Shown: positions 1-14,789, numbered from the stretch's first letter. The stretch is DNA of 64,000 nt from Octopus vulgaris (GCA_951406725.2 OX597820.1:105214001-105278000), one strand, 5' to 3'. Notes: generated from the letters alone by a model not told the origin. Translations and numbers: made by a program.

Positions 1-53
1 CTTCTTCTTCTTCTTCTTCTTCTTCTCCTTCTCCTTCTTCTTCTTCTTCTTCA
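1..53. repeat. (CTT)n microsatellite
   Basis: Direct reading; abuts the truncated 3' end of the minus-strand LINE. Confidence 0.95.
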
Positions 54-54
54 T

Positions 55-1625
55 ATTTGTTAGGTGGTATGATTTCTTGTTTGTATTTGTCAGCTTCCTT
101 AAATACTGAGAACAGTTTTTTTGTTTTGCTCGTGTTTTGCCGCTATTTGTATCAGTTTTCCTTCCTTCTGAAGTAGGTATTTTTGCAGTCCTATGGGGGT
201 TATTTTATAATAGTTTTCCAGCTATATAAGGCCTCTACCACCTTCTATACATTGTATATATAGCCTTTCTATGTCAGATTTTGGGTGATGCATCCTAGAT
301 CCTGTCATTATTTTTCTTGTTTTCCTATCTATTTTGGTTAGTTCATTTAGTGTCAAGTTAAGGATATTGTAGCTGTAACTTATAAATGGGATGGCTAAAG
401 TGTTAATACCTATTATCTTGTTTTTAGCATTGAGCTCTGTTTTTAGTATTGATCTAACTCATCTATAATATTCTTTTTTTATTTTCTATTTCATTTGTGT
501 GTGTTGTGTCTTATCTAGTTCATGGATTCCTAAGTATTTGTAAGTTTGGCTTTGGTCTAATTCTCTTATTTCATTGGTTTTATCTAGTGTGATGTTGCTA
601 CTCTTAACTAATTTTCCTCTTTTCAGGGTTACTTTGGCGCATTTTTCTAATCCAAATTTCATATCTATTTCTTTGGTGAATCCATGAACTGTCTTTAGTA
701 GTGTTTCCAGCTGTTTGTCATTTGTAGCGTACAGTTTTAGGTCATTCATATATAAAAGGTGGCTGATCATTTTGCCGTAACATTTGTATCCACATCCAGT
801 TCTATTTAGCATATCAGATAGAGGTGTCAGTGCCAAGCAGAAAAGGAGTGGAGAGCGCATGTCTCCCTGGAATATTCCTTTTCTAATGGGGATGGCTTTG
901 GTTTTCACGAGTCCCTCTTTTGTTTGGAGCTGTAGCACTGTCAGCCATTTATTCATAGAGTGCCCTATGTATTTTATAATTGTTGGTGCTACCTTGTTAA
1001 TGGCTAGTGTTTCAAGGATCCACGTGTGGGGAATGCTATCAAACGCCTTTCAGTAGTCGATTCAGGCCATACTGAGGCCTTTCTTCTTTCTGTGGCTGTC
1101 TTCAGTTATGGCTTTATTGATCATTAGTTGATCTTTACAGCCATATGAGCCCTTGCGGCATCCTTTCTGCTCTTCTGGAAACAGGTTGTTTTCGTCCAGG
1201 TGCTTGTTCAATCTTTGCGATATTACTGCAGTAAAGGCTTTGTACATTGTAGGGAGACAGGTTATAGGTCTGTAGTTTTCTTGTTTTGCTGTCTCATTGG
1301 ATTTGGGAATTAAGATGGTTTCCCCTTTCATGAGCCATTCAGGCATTGTCTCTGGCTCTGCCAGTTTGTTGGTAAAGTTTTCAGCCAGCTTTTTGTGCAT
1401 TCCTGTCAGATATTTCAACCAGAAGTTGGGAATCTTGTTGTGCCCAGGTGCCTTCCAGTTGCTTAGTCTTTGCAGTGCCTGGATGACCTCTTCAGTTGTT
1501 ATGGGGGTCCAGAGTTGTTCAGATGCTAAGCTTGTTGTTTTAATGCTCCTTTTCTGTGGTTGTTCATTCGCCGACCATATTTCTTTCCAGAATTCTTCCA
1601 CTTCTTCCGCCGTTGGTGCTGCAGT
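55..1625 (-). mobile_element. R4/Dong-like non-LTR retrotransposon RT fragment, disrupted by stops/frameshift
   Basis: ORFs 1062-1601 and 486-956 carry RT motifs NYRPITCLPTMYK, EEQKGCRKGSYGCKDQL, GIFQGD, HLLYMNDLKLYA, FGLEKC, YKYLG; flanked by (ATT)n and (CTT)n. Confidence 0.8.
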
Positions 1626-1631
1626 GATGTC

Positions 1632-1649
1632 TATTATTTATTATTATTA

Positions 1650-1702
<53 letters not shown>

Positions 1703-1755
1703 CATCATCTTTATCATTATTATTATTATTATTATTTTTATCATTATTATTATTA
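1632..1755. repeat. (ATT)n microsatellite
   Basis: Direct reading. Confidence 0.95.
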
Positions 1756-1970
1756 AGGCAGTGAACTGGCAGAATTATTAGCATGCTGGACAAAATGTTT
1801 AACGATATTTCGCCTATTGTTATGTTCTGAGTTCAAATTCCACTGAGGTCAATTTTGCCTTTCATCCTTTCAGTGTCAGTAGATTAAGTACCAGTAAAAT
1901 ACTGGCGTTGGTGTAATCAACTAGTCTCCTCACACAAAATTTCAGACCTTATGCCTACAGTAAAAAGGAT
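1755..1970 (+). mobile_element. tRNA-derived SINE family C (related copies near 17830, 27350, 27986, 28200, 31215, 32145, 32356)
   Basis: A-box-like TGGCAGAATT, B-box GAGTTCAAATTCC, recurring body GCCTTTCATCCTTT...AAGTACCAGT. Confidence 0.75.
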
Positions 1971-3069
1971 CATCATCATCATCATCATCATTATCATCAT
2001 CACCACCACCACCACCACCACCGTGATCTTACTTGTTTCAGTCATTGAACTGCAGCCTTGCTGGGGTAAATGCGTGTGCATGCACACACACACACACACA
2101 CATGCACATGCGCACACACACATATGCATAGAGACACATATACATATATATACATACACACACACACCCACACATATATATATATAACTCATCATCATTT
2201 AATATATGATTTCTATGTTGCTGGTATGGGTCAGATGGTTTGATGCCAGGAGCTACACCAGGCTCCATTGTCTGTTATGGCATGGTTTCTATGGTTGGGT
2301 GCCCTCCCAGATACCAACCACTTTACAGAGTGCACTGGGTGCTTTTTACATGGCACAAGCACTGACAGGTTCACCAAATAACTTGCAAGACATAAAAACA
2401 AAGGAACCCTCAGCTGGGAAAGTGGAGTGGCTTTGTGCCAGTTGATGTGACATTAGGGGTATAGAGGGACAGGGATATGTGTCTTGCTGTAGAATAGAGG
2501 TACATGGATACTCCAGGTGAAAAAGAAAGGATGAGGGTAGGTGAGAGTAAAATAAATAAAGCAATAGGGAGAGATATGGTGGTGAAGACATGCACTCAAG
2601 GGACATTGAGCATGGTGAGAATAAGTGGGGTGATACAGAGGTTTGGACTGGGTAGCCGGGGGGGGGGGGGGCAGGATAGGGCTTGACTAACACAAATGAT
2701 GGCATGAAAATATAGGGTTGCAGTAGGTATGTGAGGGCATTGAAGGTGATAGCAGATAAGCAAGGTGTTAATGATGAAGAATGACACAGAAAGGAGGTGG
2801 TTGGTGGAGACAGTAGGCAGTGGAGGGGTAAAATAATGGGAAATGGAAGTGGTTTGGTGTGAGGAGGGAGGTAACTGAGAAAGCTGGGGTGTGTAGTATG
2901 TACCTATTCTGCTCTCAGGTGATAGAGAAGTGATGGGTGTTAGGAGATGAAAAGTGAAGGGGGTGCAATGACTCCGGGGGAGGGGGCACAGAGGATGTGG
3001 GTGGGTGTGGACCAGAATCCCTCACTGACAAGTATTAACCAAAGTGGTTTAGGATATCAATTCTGCTCT

Positions 3070-3800
3070 GGTGAATCTGATCTTCTTGAGTACAGCAAAG
3101 CACCAGATATCTTAATCCTTTGTCATCTTCTTCATAAGGCTCAGTTTCTTGAGATTGGCCTTCAGTACTTTGTGCCATGTTTTTCTGGGTCGCCTTCTCT
3201 TACAAGTCCCATCCATTTTAAGTGATTGGCTCTTCTTTAAGCAACTGTCCACATTCATATGCATCACACAACTAAACCAGTGCAGTCTTCTCTCTTGCAC
3301 ACTGCATCTAATTACTCTTACGCCTAACTGTTCTCTCACTTCACAAGTGCTTTGTTACACATGTACACTGACATTGCATATCCAGCAAAGTATAATAGCT
3401 TCATTCCTCTTTAGTCTTTGCATATCCTCTGTATTCAAAGCCCATGTCTCACTACCATGTAGCATTGTTGTGAGTACACATGCATCATACAATCTTCCTT
3501 TCACTTGGAGAGAGAGACATCACCAACAGAAGTAAAAGTGCTCTGAATTTTTTCTATAAAAATTAAACTTTTTGTACATCCTCCCCCACTGCTAATTAGG
3601 TGCCCTATGTAGCAGAAATTATCCACTACCTCTAGAGAGCCTCCAGGGCATTTGAGAAACTCAATTTCCCACATATCTATAGTGTTTATGGCTCCTATGT
3701 CTCTTTCACATACAAACACCACTTTCTCCAATAAACTTCCTACTATTCCTCAGCACTTCTTGTGTGCCCATCGCTTGCACTGAGCACACCATACAGAAGA
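3070..3800 (-). mobile_element. RTE-clade LINE 3' fragment (degenerate)
   Basis: ORFs 3112-3339 (VQERRLHWF..RRRPRKTW) and 3501-3731 (LEVVDNFCYIG) match the RTE copy at 63098-63944. Confidence 0.8.
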
Positions 3801-5077
3801 CACTTGCCTAAGATGCTGTGCAGCAGGACTGAACCAGAAACCACATGGTTGCAAAATGAGCTTCTTAACCATGCAGCCAAACTTATGCCATAATTATTAT
3901 TGCTGTTATTGTTATTACTTTCTGGTACTCAGAAATCTAGAGTATGCCAAAAAGAAGATCCACTGGAGCATATAGTCACTATAGATTTATTATAGTCATG
4001 CTACTTAGGTCTCTTTATTTTCGGACCACAGGCCCAATTAGCCCTCTGCAGGAGCCAGCTTAAAAGACCACATGAAGTGCAGCTTTTAAGCTAGTATTAA
4101 AGTAAGTTATGTTTACATATTACATAAGTGTTTTTTGGCCTTTCTACATTTATTAATTCTTTAAATGTTATGTATCTTTTACAAACATCTATCAATGCCA
4201 TTCATGGAACTCAGTTTGATTGTTCACTTTTCCACAAAGACACCATGATTTACAGTAGACACTGCACTCAATATTTAATTAATTTTAATAATTAAGTTAA
4301 ATTCCAGCAATGTCTCTCCTCTTTTCTTGACTATAATTAGTCAAGATTGCTAAATGTATAACTTTCTCATTGCAAAAGGTGTGATTTTAATTATACTGTT
4401 TGCAATGTTAAAAGCGAACAACAGAGATTCCTTTCTTTTTAATTATTGCTTGTTTTGTATCTTCCCCTTCGTCCACTTTTTGCAATGATTTATTTGGCTG
4501 TTCATTCATTTTCTTTCATTTAATCAACATACAGGCAAGGCTATGTGGTAAGAAGTTTGTGCTTCCCAACCTCATAATCCAGGTTTCAGTTCTACTGCAT
4601 GGCACCTTGGGGAAGTGTCTTTTACTATAGCCTTGGGCCAACCAAAAGTTTGTGAGTGAATTTGGAAGACAGAAACTGGTGGTAATGATGATGATGATGT
4701 AACTTGCTAGAAGTAAGGGTGAATGTTCTGGGTATTGACAGTGTAAAACAAGTCTTGAGTATTGGGTATGGTGAGTGTTTCTAGATTAATTAGTTTATTA
4801 TCCTTGATTAACATAAATTACTTAGTCAGTTCAGTAAGATATTTGACTATTTAAGGTAAACTAGTTGTTTTGACTGTAACAAGAGTTACAGGTTATTTTA
4901 GTTCCAAAAAGGAAGAACAAATACAACCTGCAGACAAGAATTTATTGCAACAAACAAGTGGAAGGTCATGTCAAATATCAACATGCATTTAACCACTTTA
5001 AAGTGTGTATACAACTTATGATAAGTACCTATAGGTTGTTAATCCCTATAACATGTTCGTATACACACACTTATATT

Positions 5078-5470
5078 TCATCTGTTTCAGTCATTAGACT
5101 TTGGCCATGCCGAAGCTCTACCTTGGAGAACTTTTGGTTGAATGAATTTAACTCAGTACTTAATTTTTTTTTTAAATGTCTCGTACTTATTCTATCAGTC
5201 TTTTTTGCTGAACTGCTAAGTTACAGGGATGTAAACAAACCAACACCAGTTATCAAGTGGTGATAGGAGACAAACACTAATACAAAAAGACACACACACA
5301 CTCACATATATACGATGGACTTCTTTGACTTTCCATCTACCAAATCCACTCAGAAGGTTTTGGTTGGCCTGAGGCTATAATAAAAGACAGTTGACTAAGG
5401 TGCCACATAGTGGGACTGAACCTGGAACCATGTGGTTGGGAAGCAAGCTTCTTACTACACAGCCATGCCA
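5078..5470 (-). mobile_element. SINE family A copy
   Basis: Reverse complement of the 10272-10667 element. Confidence 0.75.
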
Positions 5471-5799
5471 GCACCAATGTATGTTATATATAATTCTTTT
5501 TGGGGGCATAATGGTTCTCAAATACAGCAATAAAGAGTAGCATGTAAATATTAGGTTTAAAACCGTTTTGGATAGAGAAAGCTGAAGGCTGCCCTTGGAA
5601 CACAAACACACTTCTTCTATAGACATGAGAGGTGTTCTACCATTTAACCAAAACAATTCTTCAAATTTCTCTATCCATTTTAGAATCTTTGTCTTAACAA
5701 GCAAGAATTGTATGTTGTTGACATCATTAGAATTTTATGAACTTTCAAGAGAATATCATCATCATCATCTTTCAAGAGAATATCATCATCATCATCGTT

Positions 5800-6010
5800 T
5801 GAGATGCAGAACGAAGTTTTGTCAGTGAACAGGTCACAGTCTCAAAGCGACGAAAATATTTTGACAAATTAAATTTAAATGTTGAAGTGAATCTAACGGT
5901 TTTGTGTTTCTTAAATCGCTTACAAACACCTTCCACGCTGCAATTGTTTTCGTTCCAGCACATGATCTCAGATCAAGTCACTTGCCATGCAAGTACATCT
6001 CCGTAATATA
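5800..6010 (+). mobile_element. ~200-bp dispersed repeat, copy 1, Penelope-pLTR-like, containing a G3C8 hammerhead fold at 5818-5868
   Basis: Near-identical to 22030-22228 (+) and 16270-16885 (-). Confidence 0.7.
5818..5868 (+). ncRNA. Minimal type I hammerhead-ribozyme-like motif, G3:C8 variant
   Basis: TTTGTCA GTGAACA G GTCAC agtctcaaa GCGAC GAAA ATAT TT TGACAAA: 7-bp stem I, stem II with one mismatch, GAAA core, palindromic AATATT stem III. Confidence 0.6.
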
Positions 6011-6098
6011 TATACTTAAATCCTTAAAATCCTTAAAAATGTTTTAGCCTGAAGGCCGCAGCCATGCTGGGGCACCACCGCTGTATATATACTGTATA

Positions 6099-6482
6099 TC
6101 TCTCTATATATAAACGGCAGTTTGTCTGTGCGTTTTCTGTGTGTCTGTTTTCTCGTACCCTCACTCTGACCACGGCTTTCAACCGATTCTTATGAAACTT
6201 GACACACACATAGCCCAATGTCATAATTCAAAACTAACGCATTGAAAATTTTGAAAAGTTCCCCCAGTTCTGAAAAAAATCGATAAATTCGACATGGGGT
6301 CGAGAATCAGAAACCCAAACCACAGACCGTGTAGGGGACGCAACTCCACCTTTTTTAACTCTCAAAAAAAATTTACCATCATTTTTTTTCCATTTTTTTG
6401 CTATTTTTTGGCTATAACTCTCTAAAAATGCTTTATAGTTATTTCCCTTACAAACCTGAGCAACGCCGGGCGATACTGCTAG
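6099..6482 (+). mobile_element. Non-autonomous Helitron
   Basis: 5' TC(TCTCTATATATAAA), 3' CTAG, subterminal GC hairpin CCTGAGCAACGCCGGG, inserted between A(6098) and T(6483), no TSD. Confidence 0.85.
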
Positions 6483-8901
6483 TATTATCTAAAATAGTTT
6501 GATTCGGTTCCATGCAACTTAAAGTTTCACATGGAACTGACTCAATCTGTTTTGAGGAATACATGTAACTCCTACTAAATGTGTCAAGTACCCTTCTCTT
6601 TTGTTTTTCCACTCATTCACACACACACACATATGTATATGTATGTCTAGGTAAATGTAACATACATGCCTACATAATTTATACACTTGATTAAATATCA
6701 AAATAACATCTGATTTAGAATTGCCTTTATTATCTCTCAAAGAAATCAGTTATTCTTTCTGTCTGTGTTTTTGTCTATTTATCCATTTCTAATGTATTCA
6801 TATTCTCTCTTTCTCTCTCTCCCTCTCCCCCCCTCTCTCTCTGTATACCTGTCTGCATTTTCCTGTCTATTCTTAGTTGACTATCTTTCTGTTATTATGC
6901 TTATCTATCACTTTATCTCAAATTATAAATGCAGATTCACCTTTCTCTTCAAGGCCGAGTTTATATTGCCTTCTCCCAAGTAATCTTCTTGTTTAATAAC
7001 AAGATTTCAAAGAAAGAAAACTGAGAGAAATAATTTACAATGACAACAGAAGTGTGTTCTATGCATCAATGACCTTTCCACAAACACTTACCCTTTGAAA
7101 ATTTTGAAGCTTTTACACATATTTACCATTGAAAATATGGAGCTCAATTTAATTATTTACCTTTCTTTTCCTCCATTATATTTCACAGATACTGTATTCT
7201 ATATTTAATTAGTTTAATTAAGCTAAATTTTAGCGTTGTCTCTCCACCTTTCTTTACCTTTCTTTTATTAACATAATGATTGCTTCTCATCTTTAAATGT
7301 GTAATTTTAATTCATTAAAATCTCTTGGTTCATTAAACTAACAATGTTAACATCTACTTTTCTGCAGAATCTTTATAAATAATCTCCTATTTGTCCTTAT
7401 ATGGAATACTGTTGTTCCATCAAGGCTAATGTCTCTACAGGTGTTCTTTTACTCATTGAATGAGTTTAATCCTTTTTATACTACTACACCTGAGACTAAA
7501 CTAGCTCAATAATACAAAATTCCATAAACATTTTATGCTGATTTATGTTCTGAATGACGAAATTATTTTACTAAATTCTTCATTATTTTCAAAATTAATG
7601 AATACAAAGCAATATATTTCAATAGGATTATAGCAACAAAAGGGTTAAAAGCAAGTTTCTGACATTTTTTATTCTGTTTTTGACAGCTAAACTTCAACTC
7701 CTCTTTCATCTCCCTCTTCTATAGATATTTCCATGGTCGTTGTTCTACTGAACTTTCCTCTCTTTAAGGTTACTAATTGAGTGACTCATCTTTTGGCTAA
7801 TTCTCATTCTTTCATTGTTCCCCTTCTGAAATGTTCCTTTCTTGTAGTTTCTTTCCTCAAACATCTATCTGAAGAAACTCTCTTCTTGTTTCCCAGATAA
7901 ATACAATGTTAACTCTTTTAAATTCTGAGTCGCCCATTTTATGATTCTTAGGACAGCTTCTCATTAAATTTTTTCCTTTCCATTTCTTTCATAAATCCGT
8001 GTTTTATTACAGTTTGCTTGCTGTCACGTTGGGAATGACTTCCAATAAAACAAAAACCAATATTTATCGTACATTGGTTCACTGTAGCAATTACCATTAT
8101 GAAGATAAAAGTAAACTTCACTTGCATTATTTTTTTCCAAACTTTGGCTTCAAGCAGACAACTATTTTCAAATAACTACATATTCTTATCTTTGTTATCT
8201 TTGTTATAACAGCCATAACGAAAGCCATTTTTTTTTGAGACATAGCATAGATATTTTATTCTCTCTCAAAAGAGAATAAAATCATGTTCTTTGTGTTCTT
8301 TAAGACAACTGGCTTATAATTTGAAGAATTTTTTTTTCTTACTGGTCAACTGACTGCATAAAGCTCTCCTTTGTTGACTCACTCAATCTTTGCTTGCCTA
8401 CAAAAATGACTGTAAATTGTTTCCAGGATTCATAAAACAATTATATCATGTTTAACAAGGGTAAATATTTCCTAAAGATATTCTCTTGTCATTTCCTATT
8501 AATGTCCCTGGTTTGGCTCTGCATTTTTCTCAGTTTCCGAATTTACATGAAGATAATCTTCCATGTTACCAAGTTATGTATGTCCCTAAAAATTTTCATG
8601 AGTCAGTCTGCACAAAACTCTTGTGCTAAACAAATATTTTTTTTCTTGTGACTAAAGTATGTGTGCACTGAATGCTTGTGTAAATGTAAACTTGAAATGA
8701 ATACAATGAACTATTAATTACATTATCACTAGTGCTGATGCCATGAAAAAAGTTACGCGCAACATTCTGTGAAATGGTTGGTAAAAGGAAGGGCACATCC
8801 AGTCATTGAAACCAAGCCAAAGAAGATATTGATGCATGATGCAGTCCTCCAACTTATCAAACCCATGCCAGCATAAAAGATGGACAGTGAATGCTGTTGC
8901 T

Positions 8902-8932
<31 letters not shown>

Positions 8933-9893
8933 ATGATGATGACAACGACTACGATGATGATGACGATGATGTTGGTAGCCATGTTGCTGCTTTATTTCTT
9001 TTGATCCCAACCTGCATGAGAATACTCCGGGTCTATGGTTCTTTGTTTTAAAAGTGATCTAAATGAAAACTTTCCACCAAAATATCATGCTAAGCTCCAG
9101 AATTTAGCTTAATAATGACAAATTATTTTACTGAATTTTTCATTATTTTCAAAATTAATTCAAATACAATGTATTTCAGTTGAAACATGATAACAACAAG
9201 GTTAAGTTGCTACATATAGCTGAAGTTTGTATCAATATTTATTCCAGTTTTTAAGCTTCTTTGTTAGTCTTTAAACCTGTTTGTGATATATGTAGTGTCT
9301 CTCTTTCAGATCTTTAGTAAGTCATGCTAGTTCTGCTATTCTGGGGTCCCATAGGTAATGGAGGACATCAGAAAGTAATTTTGGAAGAAATTTTCATATC
9401 TGCAGGACACCTGACTTCTATGACATTTGAAAATATGACATATCTTCTTTCTGTTTGTTTCTTTTAAACAACTATATTTGGACTTTGTTATATTTGGACT
9501 TGGTGGAATCATGCAAACAAACGCTCCATCAGTATTCCTTGTGTTGATAAATATGTCTGTATGTTTGCATTCAATAATGAGGTATTGTCTATGTTTATTC
9601 CAAGGCAATTTTTCCTGTAGATAGCACTGTATACTGTAGTATTCAAGCTCAGTAATTATCTAAGCAAGCTGCTGAATTTTTATAAACTTCTTTAAGATAG
9701 ATGCTCAAATAAACATCATTAAGATAGATGAGGTTCAATGAATTTGATTAAGACAAATGATGGTCAAATAAACTTTATTAAGACAGATGGTATTCAGATT
9801 CTCTCTGTTCTGTAAGTCTTGTTTTAGTGAGTCACTACCTACCCCTCAGAGATAAAATGTCTACAAAACAGTAAATGAGAAGCCAATGAAGAG

Positions 9894-10184
9894 TGGAGGC
9901 ACATGGCCTAGTGGTTAGCGCAGTGGACTCGCAGTCAAGGGATCGCAGTTTCGAATCTCAGAGCGGGCGATGTGTGTGTTTATGAGCAAAACACCTAAGC
10001 TCCACGCGGCTCCGGCAGAAGGTAATGGCGAACTTCTGCTGACTCTTTCGCCACAACTTTCTCTCACTCTTTCCTCCTCCATCTTGCAGCTCACCTACGA
10101 CGGACGGGCATCTTGTCCAGGTGGGGAACCTATACGCCAAGGAAACCGGCCCTTATGAGCTAGGCATGGCTCAAGAAGGAACAA
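9894..10184 (+). mobile_element. tRNA-derived SINE family B
   Basis: A-box TGGCCTAGTGG, B-box-like GTTTCGAATC; related heads at 11299, 17292(-), 30013, 58463(-). Confidence 0.75.
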
Positions 10185-10271
10185 GTCAATGAAGAGCCAC
10201 TACATGCTCACTTGCCCTGCTAAACCTAGAAGCCAAATCTTATTCAAATCAAACTATTATTCTAAAAAAAT

Positions 10272-10667
10272 AGGCGCAGGAGTGGCTGTGTGGTAAGTAG
10301 CTTGCTTACCAACCATATGGTTCCAGGTTCAGTCCCACTGCATGGCACCTTGGACAAGTGTCTTCTACTATAGCCTCGGGCCAACCAAAACCTTGTGAGT
10401 GGATTTGGTAGACGGAAACTGAAAGAAGCCTGTCATATATATGTATATATGTGTGCGTGTATGTTTGTGTGTCTGTGTTTGTCCCCCTAGCATTGCTTGA
10501 CAACCGATGCTGGTGTGTTTATGTCTCTGTCACTTAGCGGTTCGGCAAAAGAGACCGATAGAATAAGTACTGGGCTTACAAAGAATAAGTCCCAGGGTCG
10601 AGTTGCTCGATTAAAGGCGGTGCTGCGGCTGGCCGCAGTCAAATGACTGAAACAAGTAAAAGAGTAA
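10272..10667 (+). mobile_element. SINE family A, near full-length
   Basis: Head TGGCTGTGTGGTAAG...GGTTCAGTCCCA, internal TA/TG microsatellite, tail GACTGAAACAAGTAAAAGAG; many copies in window. Confidence 0.8.
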
Positions 10668-10788
10668 AGTGCACATTGGATGATACAAAATACCACTAAA
10701 AAAAATGACAGGTTTACACATGGTCAGAGTGCTACAATCATAGGCCTGCTCAATCAAGGTTGATATACAGCTGGCTAAACAACAATAG

Positions 10789-10858
<70 letters not shown>

Positions 10859-11206
10859 CCGAAACAGCTGTCAGATATGATTTATATTTTATATTTCTAT
10901 TTCCTTGTCTAATTATATTTACAATATATTTTGTATAATGCCTTTGCTGTTATGTAATGGTGTAATAAAGTATTGATTGGGTATCATCTGATGGTTGATG
11001 TTTGATTGATTTAAGTATGTTTCTCCATTTTCTAATTTTGTAGTATTAATTTACGGTAATATTTTTACCTTTGCCCACATAATACAGTAGATGAATTAAT
11101 TGCATAGCAATTTTTAACATTTATGTATTAGTCTTGTTGGGTACCTCTCTAGCAGTATATTGGATATATGTTATCCCATGGTGGGTTGAATTTTCAACCC
11201 CTATCT

Positions 11207-11212
<6 letters not shown>

Positions 11213-11282
<70 letters not shown>
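11213..11282. repeat. (TA)n microsatellite
   Basis: Direct reading. Confidence 0.95.
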
Positions 11283-11286
<4 letters not shown>

Positions 11287-11298
11287 CATATACATAAG

Positions 11299-11600
11299 TG
11301 GAGGCGCAATGGCCCAGTGGTTAGGGCAGCGGACTCGCGGTCGCGGTTTCGATTCCCAGACCTGGCATTGTGACTGTTTATTGAGCGAAAACACCTAAAA
11401 GCTCCATGAGGCTCCGGCAGGGTGGTGTGATCCCTGCTATACTCTTTCACCACTCTTTCTCCCACTCTTTCTTCTGTTGGCCTGCTCCCTTAGCCAGCGG
11501 GGTGGCGTCATTCGAAGGCTAAAACAATGCGAACGCATTGTGACCAGCGATGTGTAATTACATCTGATCGACTGGTCAGTCATGTGATCACGTGATCACA
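11299..11600 (+). mobile_element. tRNA-derived SINE family B variant
   Basis: TGGCCCAGTGGTTAGGGCAGCGGACTCG...GGTTTCGATTCCC head shared with 9894. Confidence 0.75.
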
Positions 11601-12512
11601 TATACAGCAGGCTTCCACTTAGTCTCAATCTATCAAATTCACTTACAAGATATTGGTCAACTTGAGGCTAGAGTGGAGTAGAAGATACTTGCCCAAGCTG
11701 CTGCCCAGTAGGACTGAACTATTATTGGCTCTTCTGCCTCTCTGTAACATTGAACATCTACCATGTTTGTTTGGCTGTCTTGTTCAGTTCTGGCAATAAT
11801 CTGATATAAAAGTTTAAAATGTAAGAGTGAGTTGTAAACATTTCAAAAGTGTTGTAGATTAGTTGTGTACTGAGATATGCCGTGACTATATCCTTCTCCT
11901 GCTGATGTGGAATTATTAATTCTTATCCTTTGCTTGGGCTATCACAGCAAGCATCTTTGCAAGGGATTGCCTTTGGTATTAAGTGTTTTCCTCATCAGGA
12001 CAATCATTTACGTGTATATATGTGTGCATGTAGGTATATTGGTATGTAGGAAGTGTGTGCATGTGTGTTTATGTGTGTGTGTGTGTATGTTGAGAGGTAG
12101 GTATGTGTGAGTGACTGTGTATGTATGTGTGCATATATATAAGTGAAGATTTGTATGCCAGTATGTCTGTGTATGCATGTGTGTATGAATGTATTGTTTG
12201 TGTTTGAGTGTGTGCGTGTACATCTATAAGTTTATGTACGTATGCATGGAAGTATTATGCATAAGTGTATGTGTGTATGAATGTTTGTATGTATGAGTGT
12301 GTTATGTGTATATGACTGTATGTATGTATGTCTGTGTGTTATGTCTGTGTGTGTTGTGTGTATATTTCTGTCTGTATGAATGTGTATATGTGTATTTATG
12401 TACATGTGTATGTGTGTGAGTGTCCTTGTTTTATTTTTAGAATTCATCATCAGCAAAGAACCAGTCTCCATCCCAGAAACAAACCTCTTTCAATGGAATG
12501 TAGACAACTAAA

Positions 12513-12513
<1 letters not shown>

Positions 12514-12604
<91 letters not shown>
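12514..12604. repeat. (GT)n microsatellite
   Basis: Direct reading. Confidence 0.95.
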
Positions 12605-12606
<2 letters not shown>

Positions 12607-12980
12607 GCACAGGTGTGGGTGTGTAGCAAGAAGATTGCTTCCCAACCACACGGTTCTGGGTACAGTCCCAGTGTGGCACTTTGGGCAAGTGTCTTCTGCT
12701 ATCGCCTCAGGCTGACCAAAGCCTTGTAACTGGATTTGGTAGACAGAAACAGAAAGAAGCCCTGTGTGTGTGTGTGTGTGTTTGTGTGCATGCATATGTG
12801 TATGCATATGCATGAGTGTGTGTGTCTGTGTTTGTCCCCCACCTCTGCTTGACAATTGGTATTGGTGTGTTTTCATCTCCATAACTTGGCATAAGTCCTG
12901 GGATCAATTTCTTTGACTAAAACCCTTTAAGGTGGTGCTCCAGCATGGACACAATCAAATGACTGAAACATGTAAAAGAA
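12605..12980 (+). mobile_element. SINE family A copy
   Basis: Homologous to 10272-10667. Confidence 0.75.
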
Positions 12981-13441
12981 TATAAGAATGTATATACATA
13001 GTCCTTATCAGGACATTATGTAATGGTTGTTAATGAGCATCGTTCACATCCAATCTTCTATGAAAAACGTGTCTGGCCCTGAGAAAATATTACGTTGCTC
13101 AGGAACAGATGAGAGTTTGGTGAAAGGAAGGGAATCCAGTTATAGAAAATCTGCCTCGGAAAATTTCGTCTGAACCATGCAAATATGGAAAAGTGGAGAT
13201 TTAAAACTGTGAATATGATGATGATGGAATGTAGATTTGTGTACATGTTTTTGTGTGTGTGTGTCTGTGTGTATGTTCATCTCTTCATCTAGCTATTGAC
13301 TGCTTACTCTGACTGTGTACTTGTATTGCATATGTTAAATGTGTCACTTTAGGGAGATCAATAGCTACTAATGTCACTACATTTCAGTTAAACTTGAGCT
13401 AAATATATGGCAGACACACACACATAGTGCAATTTTTCTTC

Positions 13442-13493
<52 letters not shown>

Positions 13494-13655
13494 TCAAAAA
13501 ACTTGTATTTTAATAAGAATATTTAAGGTTGAATAAAATTATTTAAATTTATAGTCATGTTAACTCAAATAAATGTTACCCGAGTCTGAAAGATTTAAAC
13601 TGTGTGTGTAAGTGTGTAAGTGTGTATGTGTGCATGCATGCATGTGCGTGTGTGT

Positions 13656-13736
<81 letters not shown>

Positions 13737-14789
13737 ATGTCAACAAGTTGTTTATCTGGTTTCAAGACCACCGTCTTTATTGAAGTGCTTTGAATGACGA
13801 CTGGCTTGACTTGACAAACCTGTCTTTATTATCCCCTTCACAACACCGTCAACAACACTGTCAACATTATGAACATTTAAGAATGATGACATTGTCAACT
13901 GTGACCAAACAAGGAATAAAATGGGGAAAGAATAAACTAGCTATCAACATCATCAACAATCTCCCACCACTGATGATACTACCACCAATACCACCAATAC
14001 TACCACCACTGGCACCACAAACAGTCCCACTGTATCCATTACCATCACTATCATCATCATTATCCTCATCACTACCATCACCACAACCATTACCACAATC
14101 ACCACCACCACCATCATCATCGTCATCATTGTCATAATGCCTTGTTTCCCTGTTTTTAAATGGGTTAAAGAAGACTTTGATACTGTCTTAGACCTCATTG
14201 AAATCCTTTCAGTGCTACTTCCATCTTATATTCTTGATGCCATTCCACTCCCAACACCCAGCCCTGTCTTCTTGGGTTTGTTACTACACTATTTTATGGC
14301 CCTGCATACATCCTGTATTCAAACCCCATCCACATCAGCACAACAAATGAGAGAGCCTCTATCTAGATTCTTGACAAGATGAAAATAGCAGCCAAATCTC
14401 CTTCAGATCACATCGTACCCAACAATCTTTAAAAGTGTGGTATATTAGATAATGAAGTCTTTAATTAACTTTTTTTTTTACCTGTTTCAGTCATTAGATT
14501 ATGGCCATGCTGGGGCACCATCTGAAGAGTTTAGTCAAAGAAATCAACCCCTTTACTTATTTTTTAAGTCTCTTTTGCTGTACAGTTAAGTTATGGGGAT
14601 GTAAACAAACCAACACCAATTGTCAAACAGTAAGGTACAAACACACAGACACAGACACACACACATACATACACACCATACACTACACACAGTCACTCAC
14701 ATACATATATATTATATTATATATATATATATATCATGCTAGCATGGAAAGCGGACGTTAAATGATGATGATATATATATATATATATA

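Noticed and set aside
5742-5796. 27-bp tandem duplication CTTTCAAGAGAATATCATCATCATCAT
   Set aside because: Simple slippage duplication next to (CAT)n; no sign of function
13790-14137. Pro/Ser-rich 115-aa ORF
   Set aside because: Derived from degenerate (CAC/CAT)n trinucleotide repeats
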